A stretch of DNA of 32,000 nucleotides from Candidatus Saccharimonadota bacterium (GCA_002952755.1 CP025011.1:1200001-1232000); one strand, 5' to 3'; positions 7,353-15,848 are shown, numbered from the stretch's first letter. Numbers and translations are program-made. Notes: a model not told the origin generated them from the sequence alone.

Positions 7353-8567
7353 TTAGGTACTGGGCGTAGCTGGTTTTTGAATTCTGCTTTCAACCTCTTC
7401 TAAGGTTTGCTGCATATAATATCCCTGGTCAAAGACGTGCCCTGCAAGCAAACCTGCGCCGAATGCTGTGACCGCCAAGCCCAGATTCGGATCTTGTTTA
7501 TCCTTAGCAAAACTCAGATACCCGGCTACTTGGTCATCCATGGCAGCCATTCCTTCAGGTGAGGTGTTCATATGGCCCTGCTTCAGCTGGGTAATAAAGT
7601 TAACCATCGTATCAAACACCTTTTGACTCTCAGACATGAGGTGCAACTGTCCCTCTTCAAAGACACCACGAGCTGCTATCTCTTCTATAATGCGCTTTGG
7701 ATTCGCAGTTGCGCCAGCAGCCATCAAAGCGATCACCTCTCCGGTAAGTTTCGCAGCCCTATCTTCGCTTTTAGCAGCCGTATCCAACCATCTGCCTGCC
7801 AAGATCTCAATATGCTGCTGATTTGTAGGGTCAGAGACCAAATTAACGAGGGTGTTGATGGTATTATAGATAGCATCACGGCTATCTATCCACGCCTCCT
7901 GCGCCTTCTCTTCTGCAGATGGTTCAATCCGTTCGGGCAAGGCCTTCCTTACAAGTGCTCCTGCATGTACCGCTGGCGTACTTTCAGGCAATCGTCCACT
8001 CTGTTCGACTGGATCAGCTGCAGATACAGCTGGAGTGGACAATACTTCCCAACCATGTACCCATGTCCCATTTGTTGAGGTATCTGTTATTGACAGTCCT
8101 TCATCTGTTACCTGAATCTCTACGTGCTTGCGTGAGGTAAGCCCGCCATACGACCTATCCCACAACTCTTCTGCGGCAACGGCTCGCACGCCTTCCCCAG
8201 CATCAGCTTGAGAGCCGCGACCAAGCCGTAGGACTTGACCTGGCTTAATCTCGACTGTCTTCTTTGCCGTAATCCGATTCTGCTCACTATTTAGACCACT
8301 AATGCCAAATCTAACACCTTGCGCATCGGCTACTTTAACAAGCGCTGCCCGCAAAGGAACATCCCCTTCTCCGGGTATTTGTAGCTCACCTACTATGGTG
8401 TTTTCTTGACCTTCGTTCTGATTAGGCGGATTGGTTTTTTCCGAGTCGTACAGAGGCATATTGGTCGACAAAATAATCTTGCGCCCCTCCAACATTCCCT
8501 CAAATCTTGCTAGCTCAGGAGCAGGTTGAGCGAGGTTCGCTGCATGGGCTTGAGAGACTACTTCCAT
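7353..8567 (-). CDS. FHA-domain protein with an uncharacterised alpha-helical C-terminal domain
   Basis: The FHA signature is RLGRG...TSRKHVEIQV...LSITDTSTNGTWVHG (the conserved G-R, S-R-x-H and NG residues). I recognised nothing in the ~200 C-terminal residues. Confidence 0.8.
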   Translation of the reverse strand: MEVVSQAHAANLAQPAPELARFEGMLEGRKIILSTNMPLYDSEKTNPPNQNEGQENTIVGELQIPGEGDVPLRAALVKVADAQGVRFGISGLNSEQNRITAKKTVEIKPGQVLRLGRGSQADAGEGVRAVAAEELWDRSYGGLTSRKHVEIQVTDEGLSITDTSTNGTWVHGWEVLSTPAVSAADPVEQSGRLPESTPAVHAGALVRKALPERIEPSAEEKAQEAWIDSRDAIYNTINTLVNLVSDPTNQQHIEILAGRWLDTAAKSEDRAAKLTGEVIALMAAGATANPKRIIEEIAARGVFEEGQLHLMSESQKVFDTMVNFITQLKQGHMNTSPEGMAAMDDQVAGYLSFAKDKQDPNLGLAVTAFGAGLLAGHVFDQGYYMQQTLEEVESRIQKPATPST

Positions 8568-8573
8568 ACGAAA

Positions 8574-8602
8574 ACATTAGCATAATATTGTGCTAATGTC
8601 AA
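8574..8602 (-). promoter_or_regulatory. Near-consensus sigma70-type promoter with a palindromic spacer, driving the FHA gene
   Basis: On the minus strand, TTGACA (8602..8597) is followed by a 17-nt spacer and TAATGT (8579..8574), then 6 nt and the ATG at 8567. A 9-bp inverted repeat, acattagca / tgctaatgt (8574..8582 / 8591..8599), spans the -10 to the -35. No SD is present. Confidence 0.6.
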
Positions 8603-8641
8603 TAAATACCAATAAAATACAGTACAGCGGATAAATCCGGG

Positions 8642-9052
8642 CTAGGTTAAATGTTTCTTGATGCGATCAATGACATCGGTAATGACTACTTGTGATTTTA
8701 CCAAGTAATCGTCTACACCCAGGGCTTCGGCTCGCTTCCGATCAGCGTCTTGACTGAGCGCGGTGAGCATGATGATCTTGAGGTTGGCGGTTTCTGGTGT
8801 GTTGCGTAAGATATCTAAGACATCGAAGCCGCTCACCTTGGGCATCATGACGTCGAGTAAAACGAGGTCAGGCTTGTAGCTAATTGCAGCCGCTAAGGCG
8901 TCCTCCCCATTGGCTACCCGCCGAACGTCGAAGCCTTCAGCTTGGAGTCGGACTAGATATACACCTGCGAGGGCGTCATCGTCCTCAACAAAAAGAATAC
9001 GCTTTGGATGCAAAAGGGGTTGCGGCGTGCCCTGAAGAGCGCTATTATCCAT
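8642..9052 (-). CDS. Single-domain response regulator (CheY-like receiver), canonical
   Basis: The motifs ILFVEDDD, PDLVLLDVMMP (phospho-acceptor Asp), IIMLTA (Thr) and DDYLVKS (Lys) are all present. There is no output domain. Confidence 0.9.
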   Translation of the reverse strand: MDNSALQGTPQPLLHPKRILFVEDDDALAGVYLVRLQAEGFDVRRVANGEDALAAAISYKPDLVLLDVMMPKVSGFDVLDILRNTPETANLKIIMLTALSQDADRKRAEALGVDDYLVKSQVVITDVIDRIKKHLT

Positions 9053-9075
9053 GCCTTAACGCTACAGCAAGCTTC

Positions 9076-10677
9076 CTACTTTTGCAACAAGCTAGCTATA
9101 AAGCCGCGGAACATAGGATGCGCACGGTTTGGCCGCGATTTGAATTCAGGATGAAATTGACTAGCCACAAAGAACGGATGATTTGTAGCCTCAATAATTT
9201 CTACCAAATTACCATCCGGGCTCAAGCCGGCCGGCCGGATGCCCCAAGATTCGTACTGATCCCGATACTCGTTATTACACTCATAGCGGTGGCGGTGGCG
9301 TTCGATGATAGCCGTAGTACCATATAGTTTAGCCACACTACTGCCCGCCTGGATCTTACAAGGGTAATCACCAAGGCGCATCGTGCCGCCAGTATTCTCC
9401 TTGCCTGCCTGTCCGGCCATCGTACTAATTACGAGGTGTTTACTTTTAGGGCTAAGCTCCTCAGTTGTTGCGCCAGTTACGCCAGCATTACGGGCCGCAG
9501 CGATAACGCCCATCTGTAGCCCTAAACAAATGCCGAGGTAGGGCACTTTATGCTCAAGGGCATACTGCGCAGCGGCAATCTTGCCTTCCAGACCGCGCGT
9601 ACCAAACCCGCCGGGCACCACTATTCCATCTATGCCTTTAAGAACCGAGGCGACATCCTCGGCTTTCTCGATAGATTCAGCGTCAATCCATTCGATAGCA
9701 ATATCAGCGTCATTAGCCCAGGCTCCAGCGCGAAGCGCCTCAAATACCGACATGTATGTATCCTGGTTGTCGAGATACTTAGCTACGACGCCTACGGTGA
9801 TTTGGTGTTTATGTTTCCCTAGGGCGTGATTCACCATCCTAGCCCAATCGGATAAATCCGGTTGCTTCGTGGTGAGGCCCAGTTGCTTGCAAATGACGTT
9901 GGCAATACCCGTCTCTTCGAGCGTCAAAGGCACCTGGTAAATGCTGGGCGCATTCGGTAGTAATGCGATAGCCTCCTCAGCTACACCACTAAAAAGACTA
10001 AGCTTAGCCTTAGCTCCCGGATTGGTCGGCTCTTCGCTACGTCCTACAAGAATGTTCGGACTAATACCAAGGCCGCGTAAGTCGCGTACAGCGTTCTGAG
10101 CCGGCTTGGTCTTAGTCTCCTTGCTCGCTCCCAGGTATGGCAAATAAACCACATGGACATACAGGCAGTTTTCTAGTCCAACGCGCATACCCAGCTCGCG
10201 AATGGCTTCAATAAAACTCTGACTTTCAATATCCCCTACTGTGCCACCGATCTCAACAATGTGCACATCGAAGCCAGCGCCAGCATCTTGGATAAATTTT
10301 TGGATCGCAGCAGTTAAGTGAGGTACAATCTGGACATCCTCACCCTGATACTTCCCGGCCCGTTCGTCTTCAATCACACGTAAAAAAACGCGCCCGTTCA
10401 TCAGAGAACTGGCGCTGGTTAATTCTTCATCGATAAAACGCTCGTAATGACCGAGGTCGAGATCGGTTTCGGCTCCGTCCCTTGTTACAAAACATTCGCC
10501 ATGCTCGCGGGGGTTAAGGGTACCGGCATCGACATTCAGGTAGGGGTCACACTTTTGAAGGTTAACGCGGAGACCGCGGGCTTTTAGCAGATTGGCGATG
10601 GAGGCTGCGGTAATACCCTTTCCGAGTCCCGAAAGGACGCCTCCTGTCACAAAAATATATTTCGTCGCCCTTGGCAC
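9076..10677 (-). CDS. pyrG: CTP synthase
   Basis: It has the N-terminal synthetase motif KYIFVTGGVLSGLGKGI and a C-terminal glutaminase domain with LGICLGLQ and QFHPEF. It uses a GTG start with a GAGGAGG SD about 9 nt upstream. Confidence 0.97.
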   Translation of the reverse strand: MPRATKYIFVTGGVLSGLGKGITAASIANLLKARGLRVNLQKCDPYLNVDAGTLNPREHGECFVTRDGAETDLDLGHYERFIDEELTSASSLMNGRVFLRVIEDERAGKYQGEDVQIVPHLTAAIQKFIQDAGAGFDVHIVEIGGTVGDIESQSFIEAIRELGMRVGLENCLYVHVVYLPYLGASKETKTKPAQNAVRDLRGLGISPNILVGRSEEPTNPGAKAKLSLFSGVAEEAIALLPNAPSIYQVPLTLEETGIANVICKQLGLTTKQPDLSDWARMVNHALGKHKHQITVGVVAKYLDNQDTYMSVFEALRAGAWANDADIAIEWIDAESIEKAEDVASVLKGIDGIVVPGGFGTRGLEGKIAAAQYALEHKVPYLGICLGLQMGVIAAARNAGVTGATTEELSPKSKHLVISTMAGQAGKENTGGTMRLGDYPCKIQAGSSVAKLYGTTAIIERHRHRYECNNEYRDQYESWGIRPAGLSPDGNLVEIIEATNHPFFVASQFHPEFKSRPNRAHPMFRGFIASLLQK

Positions 10678-10774
10678 GCTGTCTACCTCCTCAACGCTTT
10701 ACATGTTATCTATTTAGACCTGATACTACCCCAATAAACCCTCTCCTGGCAAGAAAAACGTATAAACTACATCA

Positions 10775-11992
10775 TTAACTTTTTATGAAATCGATCGCCG
10801 CATTCTTTTGAAGGTCATTGCTACTTTTGTAATCATCATTGCTCATTGTGACCACATGATCAGGGGTGATGCCCTGCTTGTCAATATTCCGACCATTTGG
10901 ACGATACCAGCGCGCCACGGTTACCTTCAACTCAACCCCCTGTGGCAGCTGTACGATCTGCTGGACACTCCCTTTGCCGTAACTCTTAACCCCAAATAGA
11001 GTGGCCGCGTTATTATCTTTCAGTGCACCAGCGGTTATCTCTGAGGCGCTGGCGCTTCCAGCATCGATGAGCACCGCCGTCTTCATGCCCTGCAATAAGT
11101 TATTCCCGTTGGATACTTCGCTGGAGACAATTACATTATCCCGTCTTTCCTGCAAGATAAGCGCCCCTTGAGGGAGCCATAAACTCGATACCGAGACCGC
11201 GGCATCAACGAGGCCACCGGGATTACCTCTGAGATCAAGCACTACTCCACGTACCTTATGGTCTTTGAAATCTTTGGCCGCCTGATTGGCCAAATTCGCC
11301 GTGTCGTCGCTGAACTGATTAATCTGCATGTATCCAACGCTGTCATCTAAGATTTGCCACTTTACGCTTGGAATCTTAATGTCGTCGCGCGTGATTATAA
11401 ATGTCTGCGGCGTTTTATCGCGCACCACAACCAGTGTTACCTTGCTATTCTTCGGACCCCGAATCTTACTTACCGCGGCATCGATTCTCATACCAACGGT
11501 TGTTTGCCCGTTAATACTCGTTACCACATCCTGAGGGCGCAGGCCCGCCTTACTAGCTGGAGTACCGTCAATCGGGGCTACAACGATCAGATCGCCTTGA
11601 GCATTCTGGCCTAACTCTGCACCAATGCCGCTAAAGGTCCCGTCCAGCTGGTTGTTAAAGTCGGTTGCAGCCTGTTTATTGAAGTAGAGCGTGTAGGGAT
11701 CGCCGGTGGCCTCTGCCATACCCGACTTCATGCCATCGAGCAGTTTATTGGCATCTAGCTTACCGTCATAATTATTTTTGAGAGCGTTGTACACCTGGGT
11801 GACACTCGAATAATCGAGATTAGCCGGAAGTGTTTTATTCCGGCTCTCGCCGGCGGAGAAACTTAGCTGGCCACGTCCTGTCAAAAAGCCAACGTCGAAT
11901 ACTCCCAATAAGATCATCGCAGCGCCGAATGCATACAAACCACGCCGAAGCCACTGCTTCTTCCTATCACCTTCACTATGCAGTATTTGCAC
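10775..11992 (-). CDS. S41 family carboxyl-terminal processing peptidase with a PDZ domain
   Basis: It has an N-terminal TM anchor, a PDZ-like segment (GIGAELG...VVAPIDGTPASKAGLRPQDVV) and an S41 core (LDLRGNPGG, GSASASE, GKGSVQ). It uses a GTG start with an AAGGGGA SD. Confidence 0.9.
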   Translation of the reverse strand: MQILHSEGDRKKQWLRRGLYAFGAAMILLGVFDVGFLTGRGQLSFSAGESRNKTLPANLDYSSVTQVYNALKNNYDGKLDANKLLDGMKSGMAEATGDPYTLYFNKQAATDFNNQLDGTFSGIGAELGQNAQGDLIVVAPIDGTPASKAGLRPQDVVTSINGQTTVGMRIDAAVSKIRGPKNSKVTLVVVRDKTPQTFIITRDDIKIPSVKWQILDDSVGYMQINQFSDDTANLANQAAKDFKDHKVRGVVLDLRGNPGGLVDAAVSVSSLWLPQGALILQERRDNVIVSSEVSNGNNLLQGMKTAVLIDAGSASASEITAGALKDNNAATLFGVKSYGKGSVQQIVQLPQGVELKVTVARWYRPNGRNIDKQGITPDHVVTMSNDDYKSSNDLQKNAAIDFIKS

Positions 11993-12105
11993 GAAACAGT
12001 CCCCTTACCGTATTGCTTATGTCCTAGCAAGTATACGTTAGATCATAACCATAACGCCAATCAAAATAGGCTACCCTTACCTTCAGCAAACTGCTATCTA
12101 ACTCG

Positions 12106-13281
12106 CTAGAAGTGGATAAATACTAGGCTGGTTGTGTAGCGCCAACCTTCGCTATACTGTCCATCGAGCTGTTGATTGTATTGCTGCACATAAATTTGTG
12201 ATTTGTCTGGGCTGACTGCCTCAACCCACATTGCGTGACCATAAAATCCTGCAGTACTAATGGCAACCGAGCCAGCTACTGGATTACTATCAACGGGGAT
12301 ACCGGAGGCGCGTGCGTTGTCCGGCCACTCGTTGGCATTGCCGATACCGCCCCAGTATGGCATATCACGATCCGTCTTGCCGGCCATATACGCCTGGTGC
12401 ACCTTGAAGGCGGCGAAGGAAACGCATTCCCTGGTGAGCATGCCCCATGGGTCAACCATGCTATCTTGCGGCGCATTGTTCCAGGCATCGGGATATCCTC
12501 CATGATCCGGGCTGGTTTTAAAGGTGCCGATGTTATACCGAGCATTGAGAATGGCCTGCTGCTTACGCAAATCACCAATTTGGCTCTGGTTTGCGGCAAT
12601 TTGCTGATTATATTGGGCCTGTTGAGATTGATTGAGGTTCAATAATCCAGCCTGTTGGCTCCTGGCACTGTCCAATTGGGTCTGCTGCAGACGCTGATCG
12701 GAAAGCAACTGATCGATCTTAGCCTTCTGCACTTTGAGTTGCGCTTGGAGCGTATTAATTTTGACGAGCGTTTCCTGTATTTTGGCCTGCACGTCGGTGC
12801 GGTACTGTTGTTTGTCGATAAAATCACTGAGATTGCCACTACTGGCCAGCATCTCGATAGTAGACGGCGTACCATCTACATACATTTGCTTAATATCGGC
12901 GCCGAGTGTAGCCTTCTCTTGATCCAACTCAGCCTGATTAATATCAATCTGCTGCTGTAAACTCGCTTGCTGTGCAGTATTATCGTTAATCAATTGCTGC
13001 ACGGCGTTAATTTGGGCTTGCAACTTATTGATCGCATCCTGGTAGCTGGAAGCCTGTGATTGTAAGCCGTTCAGCGCATTTTGTGACTGCAAGTTCTTTT
13101 GCTGCAGCGCAGCTATTTGCTCATCGAATTGATCCGCTTGGACGCCTGGCACAACAGCTAAACCAACTGTCAGAATAGTAGCCAATGTAAGCACCGGCAC
13201 TCCAGTAAGACGACGCCAAGATGTGTATTTTTGCATTGTTTTTTGTTTCATGCGGCTATGCCCCATATACATGCGTATCAT
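12106..13281 (-). CDS. Secreted coiled-coil / CHAP-domain peptidoglycan hydrolase (PcsB-like architecture)
   Basis: It has a signal peptide (…GLAVVPGVQA/DQ) and a long Gln-rich heptad region. The C-terminal CHAP-like domain carries Cys (RECVSFAAFK) and His (GHAMWVEAV). A GGGGGA SD lies 8 nt upstream of the ATG at 13281. Confidence 0.8.
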   Translation of the reverse strand: MIRMYMGHSRMKQKTMQKYTSWRRLTGVPVLTLATILTVGLAVVPGVQADQFDEQIAALQQKNLQSQNALNGLQSQASSYQDAINKLQAQINAVQQLINDNTAQQASLQQQIDINQAELDQEKATLGADIKQMYVDGTPSTIEMLASSGNLSDFIDKQQYRTDVQAKIQETLVKINTLQAQLKVQKAKIDQLLSDQRLQQTQLDSARSQQAGLLNLNQSQQAQYNQQIAANQSQIGDLRKQQAILNARYNIGTFKTSPDHGGYPDAWNNAPQDSMVDPWGMLTRECVSFAAFKVHQAYMAGKTDRDMPYWGGIGNANEWPDNARASGIPVDSNPVAGSVAISTAGFYGHAMWVEAVSPDKSQIYVQQYNQQLDGQYSEGWRYTTSLVFIHF

Positions 13282-13370
13282 ACCACGAATCCCCCTAATG
13301 GTTCAAGCCGAGCCGCTAGCAGCGCTGCCGTAGGGCGGCAGCACCCTACATCCTCGCTCCATCTTTTAGT

Positions 13371-14309
13371 CTACTTACTCTTAAATTTGAGGTACCGCCG
13401 GGTCGCTACAGTAGAAGATGCGGCACCAATAAGCATACCAAGCAACAACTGGCCAGTCAAAAGCATCCAGAAATGCATACTGAAGTATTGAGAGGCATAA
13501 TTAATATCCAAAAGTCCTAGGCTCGTGGCCTGTAGTGCCGAGCTACTCGCAACAAAAAGCAAATGGATCACACCAACGGATACTAGCGCCGAAATAATAC
13601 CGTAGACAATTGTCTCTACTACAAACGGTCCGCGGATATACCAGGTGGTCGCACCCAGCAAGCGCATAATGGTCAATTCATCGCGACGATTAAAGATAGC
13701 CATCTGAATTGTGTTGAAGATAATGAGTACCGAGATAACCATAAAAACAGCCACAGCAACAATACCTGCTCGGCGCAAAATATTGGTGGCATGTGCAATC
13801 TTATCGATGGCCGCTTTGCGGTCGCCCTGGTATGAAATTTGATCTATAACACCTGTATAACTGCCGTTTGTCAACGCCTTCTCTACGTCGTTGATTTTAT
13901 TAAGATCTTTTGGTTTGACTAAAATTGTCGCGGGGATTGGATTGTCAGTAGCACTGATTGCGCTCAGTAGCTGAGGGTTATTAGCATTCTGCTCGCGGTA
14001 GCGCCCCAGTGCCTGCGTTTTGTCCAGATAAGTCACTTGCCGGACATTCGGCAGCGTATGCAGATCAGCAATAAGCGTATTCACCTTTGTCTGCTCGGCA
14101 GAGTCCTTTAGATAGACAGAGACATCAATCTTATCAGTGATTTGAGCAATCGTGTTACTGAATGCGGCGTTGGTGATTACCGAAAACAGCACGATGAGCA
14201 GCGTAATAATCATCACTGCCATAGCCGCAATAGCTAACCAGGCATTGCGGACAAAGTTGACCAGTCCGGTTTTGACCACCCGGATAAATCTCAGGAACCT
14301 ACGATTCAT
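13371..14309 (-). CDS. ftsX: Cell division permease FtsX
   Basis: The topology is TM1, a large extracytoplasmic loop, then 3 C-terminal TMs. The N-terminal motif is GLVNFVRNAWLAIAA. Its start forms a 4-nt overlap with the ftsE stop. Confidence 0.9.
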   Translation of the reverse strand: MNRRFLRFIRVVKTGLVNFVRNAWLAIAAMAVMIITLLIVLFSVITNAAFSNTIAQITDKIDVSVYLKDSAEQTKVNTLIADLHTLPNVRQVTYLDKTQALGRYREQNANNPQLLSAISATDNPIPATILVKPKDLNKINDVEKALTNGSYTGVIDQISYQGDRKAAIDKIAHATNILRRAGIVAVAVFMVISVLIIFNTIQMAIFNRRDELTIMRLLGATTWYIRGPFVVETIVYGIISALVSVGVIHLLFVASSSALQATSLGLLDINYASQYFSMHFWMLLTGQLLLGMLIGAASSTVATRRYLKFKSK

Positions 14310-14989
14310 ATTTTGTATTCTGCCTCTGCCCGATCGCTACTTACCTGCCCATGTGCGAGTGTTACTACCCGACGCTTCAGTTTATTCACGATCTCCTGGT
14401 TGTGGGTGGTTAGCAAAACAGTGGTGCCATAGTGATTGATGCGTTCCAAAACCTTAATGACGTCCCAAGCGTGTTTGGGGTCGAGATTACCGGTAGGCTC
14501 ATCCGCAATCAGGATCTTGGGCTGACGAACAATAGCCCGGGCAATAGCGACACGCTGGCGCTCGCCGCCGGACAGCTCCATGGGAAGGCGTTTTTCCTTA
14601 CCTCGCAAATTCACAATGTCGAGTACTTTTGGCACGGTGGCACGTATTTCGTGATTGGTCGCACCAACGATTTCGAGCGCGAACGCAACGTTTTCAAATA
14701 CTGTACGGTTGGGCAGTAGTTTAAAATCTTGGAATACTACGCCTATCTTCCGGCGTAAAAGTGGAATATCCCGGTCGTGGAGCTTATCGTAATCAATACC
14801 TCCAACGATAATTTTACCGCTCGTCGGCTTTTCTTCGCGAGTGAGAAGGCGCAGTAAGGTCGTCTTGCCGGCACCGCTCTGCCCCACAACAATCACAAAC
14901 TCCTTTGGCTCCACATGGACGCTTATACGGTCAAGCGCGGGCGTTGCCACCTTACCATACGTCTTCGTTACCCTGTCCAACAAAATCAT
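14306..14989 (-). CDS. ftsE: Cell division ATP-binding protein FtsE
   Basis: Walker A GQSGAGKTT, signature LSGGERQRVAIARA and Walker B ILIADEPTGNLD are present. Its size and its pairing with ftsX both fit FtsE. Confidence 0.95.
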   Translation of the reverse strand: MILLDRVTKTYGKVATPALDRISVHVEPKEFVIVVGQSGAGKTTLLRLLTREEKPTSGKIIVGGIDYDKLHDRDIPLLRRKIGVVFQDFKLLPNRTVFENVAFALEIVGATNHEIRATVPKVLDIVNLRGKEKRLPMELSGGERQRVAIARAIVRQPKILIADEPTGNLDPKHAWDVIKVLERINHYGTTVLLTTHNQEIVNKLKRRVVTLAHGQVSSDRAEAEYKI

Positions 14990-14996
14990 TAGCTCA

Positions 14997-15005
14997 ATTA
15001 TACCA
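14997..15005 (-). promoter_or_regulatory. Extended -10 promoter element for ftsE (candidate leaderless transcript)
   Basis: On the minus strand, TGGTATAAT (15005..14997) is followed by 7 nt (tgagcta) and then the ATG at 14989. There is no SD. It lies directly downstream of the terminator at 15023..15056. Confidence 0.55.
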
Positions 15006-15022
15006 AACTGTCGTCTGGTTAT

Positions 15023-15056
15023 AAAAAACAGCCGACCAGAAAGACGGCTGTTTTTT
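15023..15056. terminator. Bidirectional rho-independent terminator
   Basis: The sequence aaaaaacagccg-accagaaaga-cggctgtttttt has a GC stem (cagccg/cggctg) flanked by an A-tract and a T-tract. It therefore reads as a hairpin plus U-run on both strands. Confidence 0.8.
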
Positions 15057-15074
15057 ATAAATGTCGGTTATTCT

Positions 15075-15326
15075 TTAGGGCGCTGAGGGCTCATTAGACG
15101 AATCAGTCGATTGATTGTTCGTACTCAAGCCAGAAACTTGACCTGTGGGATCTGGTGTAGCCATTTGGCTGGCTGCATCAACGACTACTTGGTCTTCTCC
15201 AATTGGTTGTTGTTCGACGCGGGCCATAGCATCAACTTCACCTTGTTCGCCAAGTAACTGCGTGTTGAATGGCTGCGTGCTTGGGACGGCAGCGTTAGCG
15301 GTTTGCGTCATAGTATTATTTTGCAT
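15075..15326 (-). CDS. Small acidic, low-complexity (probably disordered) protein
   Basis: The track ORF 15075..15479 begins in AT-rich, promoter-like sequence. The internal ATG at 15326 (MQNNTMTQTANAAV...) gives an 83-aa Gln/Asp/Ser/Thr-rich product, followed by the terminator at 15023..15056. No homology was recognised. Confidence 0.4.
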   Translation of the reverse strand: MQNNTMTQTANAAVPSTQPFNTQLLGEQGEVDAMARVEQQPIGEDQVVVDAASQMATPDPTGQVSGLSTNNQSTDSSNEPSAP

Positions 15327-15417
15327 GTATTTGTACTCTTTCTTTTTATTTTTATCGAACTGTACAATAATAACATAAACGATATAAAAGTCAATATCTG
15401 CAATCAGTGTTAGATTT

Positions 15418-15445
15418 TTGACCCGTCCTAGATAAATGTTAGAGT
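15418..15445 (+). promoter_or_regulatory. Candidate promoter for ORF 15453 (leaderless geometry)
   Basis: TTGACC (15418..15423) is followed by a 16-nt spacer and TAGAGT (15440..15445), then 7 nt and the ATG at 15453. Confidence 0.45.
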
Positions 15446-15452
15446 TATTAAA

Positions 15453-15848
15453 ATGCGGTCGAGAGAAATTTTTAGCCATCCTATACGCTCATTTCGGACG
15501 GCACCTTTTGGTTACACAATAATAGGTCTCACAACCACACCGGCTGCCGAAAGCTTGCCCGACCTCAATTTGACCCCCTATAACTTAGCCGCTCTAGCGA
15601 TAGGAGCAGTAGGTATTTGTATAGGAAACTTCTTGGTCGAACGCCAAATTAGATTACGTACTAGGTTAGAGACAACATTTGAAGCACACGGGTTTGATGA
15701 AAGACTAGCCGAGACAACGGTCGAGGAATGGTGCGCGCGCCAGACTACCCTTATAGCCTGCGAACAATACGGTGTGCGTCAAGCTTGTGAAGAGTACTAT
15801 AATGGCCGACACGATGCGATGCAACTAGGGTGGCTCCCTCACTTTTAG
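15453..15848 (+). CDS. Hypothetical single-TM protein
   Basis: The ORF has one hydrophobic helix (YNLAALAIGAVGICIGNFLV) and a Cys-containing C-terminal region. The promoter geometry above supports expression. No homology was recognised. Confidence 0.45.
   Translation: MRSREIFSHPIRSFRTAPFGYTIIGLTTTPAAESLPDLNLTPYNLAALAIGAVGICIGNFLVERQIRLRTRLETTFEAHGFDERLAETTVEEWCARQTTLIACEQYGVRQACEEYYNGRHDAMQLGWLPHF

Noticed and set aside
12111-12119. DnaA-box-like AGTGGATAA
   Set aside because: It is a single 8/9 match lying only 2 nt beyond the CHAP hydrolase stop codon (12106..12108). There is no cluster of boxes or AT-rich unwinding element, so it is not evidence for an origin.
13296-13312. tRNA-like T-loop sequence GGTTCAAGCC
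   Set aside because: The flanking bases do not form a T-stem (aatgg versus cgagc). No acceptor, D or anticodon arms can be drawn in the 89-nt intergenic region.
13282-13370. Cyclic-di-AMP (ydaO-type) riboswitch upstream of the cell-wall hydrolase gene
   Set aside because: Such riboswitches often precede hydrolase genes, but they need more than 100 nt of pseudo-symmetric structure with conserved ACGGGGA-type motifs. The region is only 89 nt and I see no such motifs.
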